64,000 nt of DNA from Gemmatimonadales bacterium (lineage in GTDB: Bacteria > Gemmatimonadota > Gemmatimonadetes > Gemmatimonadales > GWC2-71-9). Location of the stretch: positions 11,987 through 75,986 of the forward strand of contig JBDIWC010000014.1 in the NCBI GenBank assembly GCA_039794085.1, in the 5' to 3' direction. Positions 40,755 to 51,295 of the stretch are shown one piece after another (the stretch's first letter is position 1; every line of letters begins with the position of its first letter). A program made the position numbers and the translations under genes. The notes under the pieces are model-generated. The model saw only the letters and a program-made list of their open reading frames with translations. It was not told the origin of the DNA and ran no database searches.

Positions 40755-41723
40755 ATGCCACGCCCCTCCATCGCACCGATCCCTCCCGGCGCCCTCGACC
40801 TCACCGGCGAGGCCGTTCGCAAGCGCCGCGCGCTTCAGCGCGGGGCCATGGAGCACCTCGCCACGGCGGGATTCGCGGAACTGATTCCCCCGACCTTCGA
40901 ATACGAGGAGGTGTTTCGGCGAGCGGCCGGGCGCGACATCGGACCCGCACTCATTCGCTTCCTCGATCTCGACGGCCGCTCCCTCGCCCTCCGGTACGAC
41001 TTCACGTCCAGCGTGGCCCGGGTGGCCGCCACGACCTTTTCCGGCACCACTCCCCCCTTCCGGTTCTGTTACTCCGGGAAGGTCTTCCGCCAGGGGCAGG
41101 ACGCGGGCAGCGGGGGCGGGGGCCGTCCCCGCGAGCTGCTCCAGGCCGGTGGTGAAATCCTCGGTCTCCCGGGACTCGAGGCCGACCTCGAGGTGATCCG
41201 CCTCGTGCTCACCATGCTGGCGACCCTGGGACTCGGGGGAGCCCGGATCAACCTCGGGCACGCCGCGGTCCTGGCTCCGATTCTCGACACCCTGGACCCG
41301 GAGGCCCGGGATCTCGCCCGGCGCGCCATCGGGCGCCGCGATGCCCGAGCCCTCACCGAGCTCCTCGCTGATGGCCCCGCCGCAACGGCACTCGCGGACC
41401 TCCCCTTTGTCATCGGACGCCGAGACGCCCTTCAGGAGGCCTCCCTCACCGCCCCGTCGGCCGCCGCGGAGGGCATCGCCCGCCTCCTCGCCCTCGACCT
41501 GGCCCTGACACCCGCGGAACGCGCCCAGGTGGTCTACGACCTCGGGGAGGTCCGCGGCCTCGACTACTATACCGGCATGCACTTCGAGGTGTTCGTGGAG
41601 GGCGCCGGGCGGGCGGTCGGCACCGGAGGGCGATACGACGATCTGATGGGACGTTTCGGAACTCCCATGCCCGCGGTGGGTTTCGCGCTCGACCTGGGCG
41701 CCCTCGCGGGAGTCATCGCATGA
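40755..41723 (+). CDS. hisZ: ATP phosphoribosyltransferase regulatory subunit
   Basis: PPTFEY, LRYDFT, RELLQAGGE, GLDYYTG, GGRYD; overlaps short hisG. Confidence 0.92.
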   Translation: MPRPSIAPIPPGALDLTGEAVRKRRALQRGAMEHLATAGFAELIPPTFEYEEVFRRAAGRDIGPALIRFLDLDGRSLALRYDFTSSVARVAATTFSGTTPPFRFCYSGKVFRQGQDAGSGGGGRPRELLQAGGEILGLPGLEADLEVIRLVLTMLATLGLGGARINLGHAAVLAPILDTLDPEARDLARRAIGRRDARALTELLADGPAATALADLPFVIGRRDALQEASLTAPSAAAEGIARLLALDLALTPAERAQVVYDLGEVRGLDYYTGMHFEVFVEGAGRAVGTGGRYDDLMGRFGTPMPAVGFALDLGALAGVIA

Positions 41724-42352
41724 GCCGGCTCCGGATCGCCCTTCCGAAAGGGCGTCTTCATGGGCCGACCCTGGCCCGATTTGCGGCGGCGGGCATGGCC
41801 CTCGAGGGTGACCCGGGCCGCCGTCTCCTGATCCCCTCCACCGATCCCGGCGTCGAGTTCCTGGTCGTGAAGCCGGGCGACGTCCCCGTCTACGTCGAAT
41901 CCGGCGCCGCCGACCTCGGCGTCACGGGAACGGACGTGCTCCGCGAGGCCGACGCCGACGTCCTGGAGCCCCTCACCCTCGGATTCGGCCGGTGCCGACT
42001 CGCGGTCGCCTCTCCCGTCTCCACCCCCTGGCCGCACTTGCCCGGCGGAGTCACGGCCCGGGTGGCCACCAAGTACCCGCGGCTCACCCGGGAGTACTTC
42101 GCGGCCATGGGACGCGCCGTCGAGGTGATCCCGATCGCGGGGTCCGTCGAGGTGGCCCCGCTGCTCGGACTGGCCCACTGGATCGTGGACCTGGTCGACA
42201 CCGGGCGCACCCTGCGCGAAAACGGGCTCGTGGAGCGGGAGTCGATCCTGGCGTGCGAGGCGACCCTGGTGATGAACCGGGCCACCCAGACGTTGCGGCT
42301 GGAGGACTGTCTGGACATCGTGGAACGGATAAAATCAGGCGTTAGGCGATAG
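41720..42352 (+). CDS. hisG: ATP phosphoribosyltransferase, short form
   Basis: IALPKGRL, DVPVYV, VATKYP, GSVEVAP, DLVDTGRTLRENGL. Confidence 0.96.
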   Translation: MSRLRIALPKGRLHGPTLARFAAAGMALEGDPGRRLLIPSTDPGVEFLVVKPGDVPVYVESGAADLGVTGTDVLREADADVLEPLTLGFGRCRLAVASPVSTPWPHLPGGVTARVATKYPRLTREYFAAMGRAVEVIPIAGSVEVAPLLGLAHWIVDLVDTGRTLRENGLVERESILACEATLVMNRATQTLRLEDCLDIVERIKSGVRR

Positions 42353-42363
42353 GCGATAGGCGA
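42343..42363. repeat. Heptamer repeat (TAGGCGA) x3
   Basis: Direct reading; contains hisG stop. Confidence 0.8.
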
Positions 42364-42420
42364 TACAGGGGCGACGCGCCAGCGTCGCCCGAGCCCCGGG
42401 TGTGGACGACAGGCTGCCGG

Positions 42421-43362
42421 CTAGGCAGTGCGATTCCGCGCGCCGAGGGTGACCGCGAGGGTGACCGCGCGCCGCAGGCTGTCGGCGCGGGCGGTGCCGG
42501 TGCCGGCGATGTCCATCGCGGTGCCATGATCGGGGGAGGTGCGGGGAAAGGGAAGGCCCAGGGTGATGTTCACGCCCCCGCCGAACCCGGCCACCTTGAT
42601 CGCGGTCATTCCCACGTCATGATAGGGCGCCAGGACGGCGTCGAACTCCCCCGCCATGGCCCGCACAAACACCGTGTCGGCAGGCAGGGGACCGCTCGCG
42701 TGCAGCGCCGCGGCCGCCGGGGTGAGGATCCTCACCTCCTCGTCTCCAAACAGCCCTCCCTCCCCGGCGTGCGGGTTGAGGGCGCAGAGCGCGAGGCGGG
42801 GATCCGCGATGCCGAACCATTCCCGCAGGGCCTGGCGGGTGACCCGACCGGTGCGCACGATCCGGTCGGTCGTGAGCAGGGCCGGCACATCCCGGAGGGC
42901 CACATGGGTGGTCACCAGCACGACGCGCAGGGTGTCGGTGGCGAGCATCATCGCCACGTCCACTCCCCCGGCCAGGGCGGCGAGCCATTCGGTATGACCC
43001 GGGAACGGATAGCCCGCCAGGTGGGTGGCGTATTTTTCGATGGGAGCGGTCACGAGGGCATCCACCTCCCCGGCCTGCGCCAGGGCGACCGCCTGCTCAA
43101 TGGATCGTCCGGCCAGGGTTCCCGCGCGGAGGGCCCGGCGGCGCGTCTCGGGATCGGCGGGGTCGCCGCGACCCACTCCCCCCCGCCACATGCCGACCCC
43201 GATCTTCCGGCCGACAGGGAGGGCGTCGATCAGATCATCGGGTCCCACGGCGACGATGTCGGCATCGAGCGGAGGACCCTCGGCGAGCACCGCCGCGGTG
43301 AGTTCCGGACCGACACCGCGGGGATCACCAAGGGTCACCGCGAGCCGACACCGGCGGGTCAC
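42421..43362 (-). CDS. pdxA: 4-hydroxythreonine-4-phosphate dehydrogenase
   Basis: GDPRGVGPE, FPGHTE, LNPHAGE, YHD, RTSPDHGTA. Confidence 0.96.
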   Translation of the reverse strand: MTRRCRLAVTLGDPRGVGPELTAAVLAEGPPLDADIVAVGPDDLIDALPVGRKIGVGMWRGGVGRGDPADPETRRRALRAGTLAGRSIEQAVALAQAGEVDALVTAPIEKYATHLAGYPFPGHTEWLAALAGGVDVAMMLATDTLRVVLVTTHVALRDVPALLTTDRIVRTGRVTRQALREWFGIADPRLALCALNPHAGEGGLFGDEEVRILTPAAAALHASGPLPADTVFVRAMAGEFDAVLAPYHDVGMTAIKVAGFGGGVNITLGLPFPRTSPDHGTAMDIAGTGTARADSLRRAVTLAVTLGARNRTA

Positions 43363-44693
43363 GGGTCCCGGATCTCCACGTAGTTGGCGGACCGGATCCG
43401 ATCGACGTAGCGTTGCATGGTGAGAATTTCGGTGAGACGGGATCGGACTTCGTCCCGGGAGTCCTCAAAGCGAAGGTCACCCGCCGGCGCGCGTTCGAGA
43501 ACGCGCACGAACCCGAACTTGCTCGGCAACCCTCCGGTCCCCGCCAGCTCGAACACCTCGCTCACCTCGGCCGGTCCCACTCCCTGAATGGCCTGCTGGT
43601 AGACCGGGGGCAGCCGGTCCTCCGGCACCACCATCAATTCCTTCGCCTCGGCCGTGTCGTGATGGCGGCCCTGAAGCGAGTCGAACGAGGCGCCCGCGAC
43701 GACTGCGCTGTGCAGCTTCTCGGCGAGGCGACGGGCGCTGTCCACCTCCGCGGGTCCGATCTCCGGCATGATCAGAATGTGGCGGGCCTGCACCTCGGAG
43801 GCCTGCACCCGCTGCACCTGAATGATGTGGAACCCGAAAGCGGTTTCCACGGGATCGCTCACCACACCCGGTTTGATGATGAATGCGAGTCGTTCGAAAG
43901 CGGGATCCATGACTCCACGGCGGAACCAGTTCAGATCCCCCCCGGCATCCTTCGATCCCGGATCCTGGGAGAAGCGCTTGGCGGCGACGGCAAAGTCCGC
44001 CCCGGCCCGGATCTCCCGGGCGATCGAATCGGCCTTGGCCCGGGCCCGCTCCCTCTCCTCCGGCCGGGGTTTGGGGGCCACGATGATCTGCCGGAGGGAA
44101 ACGGTGGCCGGGCGCCGGGCGGTTCCCTTTCGCGCCTCGAAGAACTTCCGCATCTCCTCCTCGGTGGGCACCACCGTCTTGAGTTTCTGGCGGCTTCGGA
44201 GGCTGGAGGTGAAGGCCTGGGTCAGGAGCTGGTCCCGTTGCTGATCCCGCATCCAGGCCCGCCATTCCTCCTGAGTTTGAAAGCCCGCCACCTGCAGGTC
44301 CCGGCGGAAGGCGTCGTCGCCGGCATACCGGGAGCGCGTGCTCTTCACCAGTTCATCGACCGCGGCGTCCACCTCCTCCTCGGTGACCCGGATGGTGGTG
44401 TCTCGCCGGGCCTCCAGCAGGAGGAGTTCGTTGGTGATGAGGTCGTCGAGCAGTTCGCGGCGCACGGCCCCGAGCGCCGCGGAATCGGTGGGGAGGCCTC
44501 TTCCCTGGGGAAACCGGATGAAAAGCTGTTCGTCGATCTCCGATGCGAGGATGGCCCGGGTTCCGACCACGGCCACGATCCGGTCCACCACGGTCGAATC
44601 CCCCTGGGCCGACAGCGGTTCCCCGTGCCAGAGGAGAACCGCGGCCACCAGGGCCATCGTCCGCCGAACGACCGATCCCCGGACCTGCCTCAT
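43359..44693 (-). CDS. surA: SurA-like peptidyl-prolyl isomerase/chaperone
   Basis: VDRIVAVVG, SQDPGS..GGDL, ETAFGFHII, ARHILI; upstream of pdxA. Confidence 0.85.
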   Translation of the reverse strand: MRQVRGSVVRRTMALVAAVLLWHGEPLSAQGDSTVVDRIVAVVGTRAILASEIDEQLFIRFPQGRGLPTDSAALGAVRRELLDDLITNELLLLEARRDTTIRVTEEEVDAAVDELVKSTRSRYAGDDAFRRDLQVAGFQTQEEWRAWMRDQQRDQLLTQAFTSSLRSRQKLKTVVPTEEEMRKFFEARKGTARRPATVSLRQIIVAPKPRPEERERARAKADSIAREIRAGADFAVAAKRFSQDPGSKDAGGDLNWFRRGVMDPAFERLAFIIKPGVVSDPVETAFGFHIIQVQRVQASEVQARHILIMPEIGPAEVDSARRLAEKLHSAVVAGASFDSLQGRHHDTAEAKELMVVPEDRLPPVYQQAIQGVGPAEVSEVFELAGTGGLPSKFGFVRVLERAPAGDLRFEDSRDEVRSRLTEILTMQRYVDRIRSANYVEIRDP

Positions 44694-44696
44694 CGT

Positions 44697-46139
44697 CTAC
44701 TGACCCTGCGGCACCGGCGGGCCACCCGGTGCAGGCTGAATCGGTCCGGCGGGCGGCGCGGCGGGCTGGCCCGCTTGCGCGGCCGAGTCGGCTCGGGCCT
44801 TGGCAATGGCGAGTTCCACGGCCCGGGCGAGACCGGCGCGGTTGATCTTGCCCCCCCGGTCCTCGCGCATCACGATTCCGAGCACCCCGGGAAGGGGCTG
44901 ATACTGCGCCGCCCCGGTGAGGAGGTTGTCGAAGTAGGTCTCCACCTTCGCGGCCGCCGCCGCCTTGCGATCCGACAACGGGTTGCTGGTGTCCGACACC
45001 TCCGGGGCGTTGAGCTGCATCGCGTTGATCATCTGCGTCGTGCCGGCGTTCATGGCGAGTTGAATCGCGGCCCAGGTTCCCTCGGGAAGCTGCACATTGG
45101 CGGAGTCGGCCTGGCGCAGCAACAGCTCCTGCTGGGCGATCGCGGTGGCGAACCGGACGAGGTTCGAGTCCGGCTGGATCGACACCTGCTGCAGTTGCCC
45201 CGGCTGCAGGGCCGTCATCCATTTGGCGAACTGCCCGACCGTCAGGTTGCCCGACTTGAGGTCCACCAGGGCCCGGCTCGACTTGAGGGAGCCCTGGAGG
45301 TCCATGATGGCCGCCTTGATGCCGGCGGGGGCGTTGTCGCGCACCTTCAGGTCGTTGGACGACGTGAGAGCGGCGAAGTAGGACGAATCGGCTCGCGCGC
45401 CCTCCAGGCCGCTGGCGAACTCGTAGAAACGGCTCCGGACTTCCTCCAGTGGCGGGCGGCGGATCAGGTGGAATCCGAAATCGGTCTGGACCACGTCGCT
45501 CAAGGCGCCCGGTTCCAGGGCCCAGGCCGCGCTGTCGAAGGCGGGAACAAAGGCGCCGCGAGGGCTCGGGGGGAGATACCCGCCGTCCTGGCGCGTCGCA
45601 TCGGGATTCCGCGCTTCGGCCTGGGAGGCAAAGGAGGTTCCCCTCCGCACCCGGGCCAGAACCTGCTCCGCATCACGCCGGGCGGCCGCGGTATCGGCGG
45701 GGGTGGGCCCCGCCGGGGTGATCAGGATGTGCTGGAAGAGCCGAATGTCCCCCTGGCTCCAGACCGAGTCCACCGCCGACTCGGGCGTGGCGGGGCGACT
45801 CGCCAGCATCGCCTCGCGGAGGGCACCGATCCGTTGCTCGGTGATCTGCGGCCACATGGCCCGGCGAACCAGGCTCGAGTCAACGGGAAAGGTGCCCTTT
45901 TCGGCCACGGTCTGGGCGAAGAGGGTGAGATCGACCCAGAGATTCGACACGAACTCCGCCGTTTCGACGTCGGCCGCCGTTCCGCGGATCGTGGCGAGGA
46001 TGTCGGCAACCCGGGAGGCGGGGAGTTCCTGCCCCCCGGCGGTCGCGGCCACATCCGCCCGGGCCGAGAAGAGGTCACCCAGATTGGAACATCCAGCCAG
46101 GGAGAGGAGAAGGACGGGAACCAGAACCAGGCGGCGCAT
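44697..46139 (-). CDS. Parvulin-type peptidyl-prolyl isomerase lipoprotein
   Basis: Lipobox LAGC, QHILI, FVPAFD, QTDFGFHLI. Confidence 0.85.
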   Translation of the reverse strand: MRRLVLVPVLLLSLAGCSNLGDLFSARADVAATAGGQELPASRVADILATIRGTAADVETAEFVSNLWVDLTLFAQTVAEKGTFPVDSSLVRRAMWPQITEQRIGALREAMLASRPATPESAVDSVWSQGDIRLFQHILITPAGPTPADTAAARRDAEQVLARVRRGTSFASQAEARNPDATRQDGGYLPPSPRGAFVPAFDSAAWALEPGALSDVVQTDFGFHLIRRPPLEEVRSRFYEFASGLEGARADSSYFAALTSSNDLKVRDNAPAGIKAAIMDLQGSLKSSRALVDLKSGNLTVGQFAKWMTALQPGQLQQVSIQPDSNLVRFATAIAQQELLLRQADSANVQLPEGTWAAIQLAMNAGTTQMINAMQLNAPEVSDTSNPLSDRKAAAAAKVETYFDNLLTGAAQYQPLPGVLGIVMREDRGGKINRAGLARAVELAIAKARADSAAQAGQPAAPPAGPIQPAPGGPPVPQGQ

Positions 46140-46175
46140 GCGTACTCCGGTGAAAGAAGAGAACTGCGTTTCGTG

Positions 46176-49100
46176 TTACCCGGCCCGCGGCGACGCCGAT
46201 CGGGCGCCTGCCTGCGCGGCGGCGGTCACGGCCCGCACCAGGGCGGGGATGATGTCCACGCCCCCGAGCCGGATCAATCGAAGCGACAGCGGGACCGTGC
46301 GCCGCACCTCGACCGAGAGTTGGACATCGTCGAGAGCCACGGTGAGCCCGGCCAGCCGGGGAGCGGTGCCCTCCCGAAAGGTGAGGCGCGCCTCGTCTCC
46401 CCGCACCAGCACATGCTGGAGTCCCATGCCGGCGCCGAGCACCCGCAGCCGGGTCATGTCGAGGAAGTGCTCCGCCTCGGCGGGGAGCGGTCCGAACCGT
46501 TCCCGGATTTCCCGGCCCAACTCTCCAATTTCATCAATTGTGCCTGCCCGCGCCAGTCGCCGGTAGAGATCCAGCTTTCCCTCGTCGTCCGGAATGTAGT
46601 CATCGGGGAGGCGGGCCGGCCGGTCGAAGACCACATCGGGCGGGGCCGGAGGGGCGGGCGAGGCGTCGCCCTGGCGGCTCCGCAGGGCCCGGACCGTCTC
46701 TTCCAACCAGCGGAGATAGAGATCGAACCCGACCGCCTGGGCATGCCCCGACTGTTCCGCGCCGAGCAGATTTCCCGCGCCGCGGAGTTCCAGATCCTTG
46801 AGAGCGATCCGGTAGCCGCTCCCGAGTTCGGTGTTGTGCTCCAGCACCTTCAGCCGTTCCTCCGCCTCCGGGTCCACGGTGTCGGGGGCGATCAGGTAGC
46901 AGTGCGCCCTCCGGTGACTCCGGCCCACCCGGCCCCGGAGCTGATAGAGCTGGGCGAGTCCGAACCGGTGCGCGTCGTGAACGATCATCGTGTTGGCATT
47001 GGGGACATCGAGTCCCGATTCCACGATCATGGTGGAGACGAGAATGTCGACCGTTCCATTCACGAAGTTCCCCATGACCTCCTCCAGCCGGTCGGTCGGC
47101 ATCTGTCCATGCGCCACCGCCACCCGGGCCCGGGGAACCAGGCCTCGCACCCGGGCGGCAATGGTCTCAATCGTTTCGATCCTGTTGTGAACCACGAACA
47201 CCTGCCCTCCCCGGTCGAGTTCCCGGGTGCAGGCTTCCTCGATCAGGGCATCGTCCCAGGGCTCGACGAAGGTCAGCACCGGGCTCCGGTCCTGCGGCGC
47301 CGTCTCAATCAGGGACAGATCACGGAGCCCCGCGAGGGACATGTGCAGGGTGCGCGGGATCGGCGTGGCCGTGAGCGTGAGCACATGGACCCGGAGACGA
47401 AGCTCCTTGAGGCGCTCCTTGTGCCGCACGCCGAACCGGTGCTCCTCGTCCACCACGAGCAGCCCCAGCTCCTTGAAGATGACGTCGCGGGAGAGGATCC
47501 GGTGGGTCCCGATGATGATGTCGGTCTCCCCGGTGGCAAGGCGGGCCAGGGCGGCCTTCTGTTCCTTCGGGGACCGGAACCGGGAGAGCACCTCCACCCG
47601 CACCGGGAAATCGGCCAGCCGTTCGGTGAAGGTCCGGCCATGCTGCTCCGCGAGGATCGTGGTCGGCACCAGGATGGCCACCTGCCGTCCGCTCTGGACC
47701 GCCTTGAACGCGGCGCGCACCGCGATCTCGGTCTTGCCATACCCCACGTCGCCCACCAGGAGCCGGTCCATCGGATGCGGGCGCTCGAGATCGCGCTTCA
47801 CCTCGTCGGTGGCCCGGCGCTGGTCCGGGGTGTCCTCGTAGAGAAAACTCGACTCGAGTTCGCGCTGCCACCGGGTATCGGGGGGACAGGGGTCTCCCGC
47901 ACTCACCGTGCGACGGGCATAGAGCTCGAGCAGCTCCGCCGCCATCTCCCGGATCCCGCTCCGGGTCCGGTCCCGCACCTTCTTCCAGGCGGTCCCGCCG
48001 AGACGGTGCAGGCGCGGCGGCGGTTCGTCGCCATCGTCCCCCCCCCCCCCGGCCCGATACCGTTCGATCTGGTCCAGCCCGTACAGAGGAACATTCAGCC
48101 GATCCCCTCCCTCGTATTCCAGGACCGCCACGTCAATCGGTCCTCCGTCCAGGGTGATCGCGTGCAAGCCGCGATAGATCCCGATGCCGTGGTCCAGGTG
48201 AACCACGTAATCGCCAATCGACAGCGTTCCCGTGAGGGAGGTGGGGGCCGCGGTGCGGAAACGCCGGGGACGCCGGAGGCGACGCGCCCGCCGGAAGATC
48301 TCGTGGTCGGTGAGTACCCGCAGCGTGGGCAGGACGAACCCGCCATCCAGCGATCCGACCGTCAGGGTGGCCATGCCCGCCACGGAGGGACCGTCGTGGA
48401 GCAGTTCCTCCAGGCGCTCGCACTGCCCCTCGTTGTCACACAGGATGAGAGTCGGCTTTCCACTCCCCAGTAGTCCGCGCAGCCGGGCCAGATCGCGATC
48501 GACTCTCTCCGGCGGGAAGAATCCGAACTGCCGGTCGACCTCCTCCTCCCGCACCAGGAGGCGAGGAAAGAGGCCCAGCATCCGCCACCACTGCCCCGGT
48601 TCGAGCAGCATGTCCTCCCGGGAGGGAACCGAATCGCCCTGGCGCCGCGCCACCTCGATGTGGTGCTCCGCCTCGCGCCAGCCGCGGGCCACCTCCTCGA
48701 GATCCACTCCCTCGCGCTCCTCCACGACGAGGGCATCGGGAGGAAGAAGTTCGAGCAGAGATCTCCGGTCCCGCGGTCCATTCTCCCCCTCGCCGGCGTT
48801 CAGCACCGCCTCCGCCGACACCGGAAGGATCACCACCTCGGGGAGCGACTCGCCCGATCGCTGGGTCGTCAGGTCGAACTGCCGAAGGCTGCTGATGTCA
48901 TCGCCCCACCACTCACACCGGGCGGGGTCCGCCATCCCGAAGCCGTACACATCCACGATCCCTCCCCGCACGCTGAACTCGGCCACCTCGGTCACCGAGG
49001 CTACCCGGCGATACCCCATCCGGTCGAGGTCGGCCACCATCGTACGGAGCGGGTATCGTTGGCCCGTCCGAAGAGTCACTCGCAGCGAGGACAGGGCCGA

Positions 49101-49496
49101 CGGGATGAGGGTGCGTTCGGCCGTGGCCCGCGCCGTGGTCACCAGGATGCGGAGATCCCCTCCGAGCAGCGCCGCCACCGTCTCCATCCGCTCCCCGGCG
49201 ATCTCGTAGTGCGGCTCGTCCTCCCCCAGGGACTCCCGCTGGGGATAGAGCGCGACCGGGGCCCGGCTCAGCTGGTTCAGGTCCGCAAGCCACCGATCGG
49301 CTTCGGCGGGGCCGGGGGCCACGATGACCAGAAGCCGCTCGGGAAGGGAATCCGCGAGCCATGCGGCCAGGAGAGCGGCGCTCGAGCCGGGGAGCCCCCC
49401 CAGCCGGGTGGAGGTCCCCCGGCGCGGCAGGTCCCCCGCCAGAGCCTGAACGGCGGGGACCCTCCCCAGCGCTTCGAAGACGAGGTCCAGACTCAT
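46176..49496 (-). CDS. mfd: Transcription-repair coupling factor
   Basis: VRGGIVD, VVHLDHGIG, GDVGYGKTE, DEEHRFG, TATPIPRTL, QLRGRVGR. Confidence 0.97.
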   Translation of the reverse strand: MSLDLVFEALGRVPAVQALAGDLPRRGTSTRLGGLPGSSAALLAAWLADSLPERLLVIVAPGPAEADRWLADLNQLSRAPVALYPQRESLGEDEPHYEIAGERMETVAALLGGDLRILVTTARATAERTLIPSALSSLRVTLRTGQRYPLRTMVADLDRMGYRRVASVTEVAEFSVRGGIVDVYGFGMADPARCEWWGDDISSLRQFDLTTQRSGESLPEVVILPVSAEAVLNAGEGENGPRDRRSLLELLPPDALVVEEREGVDLEEVARGWREAEHHIEVARRQGDSVPSREDMLLEPGQWWRMLGLFPRLLVREEEVDRQFGFFPPERVDRDLARLRGLLGSGKPTLILCDNEGQCERLEELLHDGPSVAGMATLTVGSLDGGFVLPTLRVLTDHEIFRRARRLRRPRRFRTAAPTSLTGTLSIGDYVVHLDHGIGIYRGLHAITLDGGPIDVAVLEYEGGDRLNVPLYGLDQIERYRAGGGGDDGDEPPPRLHRLGGTAWKKVRDRTRSGIREMAAELLELYARRTVSAGDPCPPDTRWQRELESSFLYEDTPDQRRATDEVKRDLERPHPMDRLLVGDVGYGKTEIAVRAAFKAVQSGRQVAILVPTTILAEQHGRTFTERLADFPVRVEVLSRFRSPKEQKAALARLATGETDIIIGTHRILSRDVIFKELGLLVVDEEHRFGVRHKERLKELRLRVHVLTLTATPIPRTLHMSLAGLRDLSLIETAPQDRSPVLTFVEPWDDALIEEACTRELDRGGQVFVVHNRIETIETIAARVRGLVPRARVAVAHGQMPTDRLEEVMGNFVNGTVDILVSTMIVESGLDVPNANTMIVHDAHRFGLAQLYQLRGRVGRSHRRAHCYLIAPDTVDPEAEERLKVLEHNTELGSGYRIALKDLELRGAGNLLGAEQSGHAQAVGFDLYLRWLEETVRALRSRQGDASPAPPAPPDVVFDRPARLPDDYIPDDEGKLDLYRRLARAGTIDEIGELGREIRERFGPLPAEAEHFLDMTRLRVLGAGMGLQHVLVRGDEARLTFREGTAPRLAGLTVALDDVQLSVEVRRTVPLSLRLIRLGGVDIIPALVRAVTAAAQAGARSASPRAG

Positions 49497-51295
49497 CGGC
49501 GGCGGCGGATCCCGCCCGCCAGGAGCATCTCCGCGAGTGCCAGCACGGCCAGGGCCCAGACCAGGGGTCCCCGAAGATCGGCCCGGGCCGCCGCCGTGAA
49601 CACCAGACCGGGTGCCTCGCCCAGGGTGGTGATATGCGCGCCGGGCCACAGGGTGCGAAGTTCCCCGTCGGCAATGCGTTCGAGCCGCGATTCCCGGGGA
49701 TCGGGCGAGGCCTGGATCACTCCGATCGTGTCAGAGCGTTCCAGGAGGTAATGAACGCCGGGGCCGGAGATCCGGAACCGACTCCCCCCCTCCACCTCCT
49801 GCACCGTCCCCTCGGGGCGCGCCACGGCCGTGGTCCGATCGGGAAGGGAGACCTGGTCGCCGGGGTGGCCTTCGAGGCGGGCCAGGTCTCCCGCCATGAC
49901 CCGGGTCAGCAGGCCGTCGAGAAAGGGGAGGAACCCGGCATGCACCGGGAGCCCGGACCATTCGGGGTCGAACCGGGATCCGACGAGAATCACATTTCCC
50001 TCGCGCACGAGCCACGGCTCCCCACCGGCCTGCGCCAGCACCCCGCGAGGGACCACGGCGTCCGGCACCAGGCGGTGACGCCGCTGGACCTGGACCCCGG
50101 CCGGTGCCACTCCCCCGCTATCCAGAGCCACGGCATCGCCCCATCCCTCGCCGAAGCGCCACGAGATTCCGCGACCGGCGAGGGCCCGGTTGAGCGCCCC
50201 GATCCGGGCCGGATCCTCCGGGGGGAGCACGACACTCGGGCCCGGGCCGAGCCGGTCCAGGGCGATCGTCCCCGGTTGGCCGTCGCCCGGGATGATCCGT
50301 CCGTTCTCGGCGAGGACCTGGGCCGCCGCGGAGAGGAAGGGATCCTCCGGCGGCCAGGACACCCGGGGGGGCGGCATGATCCTCACCGCTTCTTCCCGCA
50401 CATCATCCCCGCGGAGTTCATCGGGCGCCAGTTCCGCCCGGAGCAGGTGCCAGCCGGGGCGGGCCGTCAGGCGGATGGCCGACGTCATCGGGCCGACCCG
50501 GAGCAGCGCATGGGGGGGGCCGTCGCCCAGGCGGAGGGTGACGGGGATTCGCCGGGCGGTGTCCGCATCCACCCGGACGGACACCAGACCTCCCTCGGCG
50601 GTCCACGGCTGCGGGCTCAGATCGAACCCCGCCACCGCGGCATTGACGGGCGGAGCGCCTCCGGGGCGACCCACCAGCACCGGATGCGTGAGATCCACGG
50701 GACCGATCGCCGACCGCTGCAGGTCGCTCAGCACGACGATCTCTCCCGGGAGCGAGGCCGCCCGCAGCAGGGCGTCGGCGGTGGCGACCGCCTCGGCGAG
50801 GTCAAGACGATGGTTAGAGGGCGTGAGGCTGTCGAGCTGTTCGCGGAGCGTGGCCGGCGTCCCCCGCCGGGGCGGTCCTCCCGCCGTCAGGAGGGTCACC
50901 GCGTCCCCGGGGGTGGCACGCGCCAGCACGCGACGAGCCGCCTCGCGAATGCTCCCCCAGACGGCGTCGCCCCCGGACACCGCGCCGCTGCTCAGCGAGT
51001 TGTCGGCGATGAGCACCAGCCCGCTCGGGCCATGGGTTCCGGGACCCCGGCCGGCCGGTCGCGACGGACCCGCGGCCACCAGCACCAGCAGGATGATCAG
51101 CAGGGTCCGCAGGGCCAGCAACAGCCAGTGCTGGAGACTGAGGCGGCGCTGATGCCGCCGGGCCGTCTGGTCGAGATAGCGGACGGCGGGAAACACGACG
51201 GTGGGCGGGTCGCGCCGGGCAAAGAGATGCAACAGGATCGGGATCGCGGCCGCGGCCAGGCCCGCCAGCATCCAGGGAAGGGCAAAGCTGATCAC
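49493..51295 (-). CDS. BatA/VWA-domain protein
   Basis: SFALPWML..IPILLHL..FPAVRYL, ADNSLS, LSDLQ. Confidence 0.85.
   Translation of the reverse strand: MISFALPWMLAGLAAAAIPILLHLFARRDPPTVVFPAVRYLDQTARRHQRRLSLQHWLLLALRTLLIILLVLVAAGPSRPAGRGPGTHGPSGLVLIADNSLSSGAVSGGDAVWGSIREAARRVLARATPGDAVTLLTAGGPPRRGTPATLREQLDSLTPSNHRLDLAEAVATADALLRAASLPGEIVVLSDLQRSAIGPVDLTHPVLVGRPGGAPPVNAAVAGFDLSPQPWTAEGGLVSVRVDADTARRIPVTLRLGDGPPHALLRVGPMTSAIRLTARPGWHLLRAELAPDELRGDDVREEAVRIMPPPRVSWPPEDPFLSAAAQVLAENGRIIPGDGQPGTIALDRLGPGPSVVLPPEDPARIGALNRALAGRGISWRFGEGWGDAVALDSGGVAPAGVQVQRRHRLVPDAVVPRGVLAQAGGEPWLVREGNVILVGSRFDPEWSGLPVHAGFLPFLDGLLTRVMAGDLARLEGHPGDQVSLPDRTTAVARPEGTVQEVEGGSRFRISGPGVHYLLERSDTIGVIQASPDPRESRLERIADGELRTLWPGAHITTLGEAPGLVFTAAARADLRGPLVWALAVLALAEMLLAGGIRRRR

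Noticed and set aside
43413..48473. 1686-aa plus-strand ORF (and similar long ORFs 6687-9005, 28894-31212, 61647-63968)
   Set aside because: Antisense shadows of clear genes (mfd/PPIases, DUF5916, fdh, ftsX/envC); typical of high-GC DNA, no motifs
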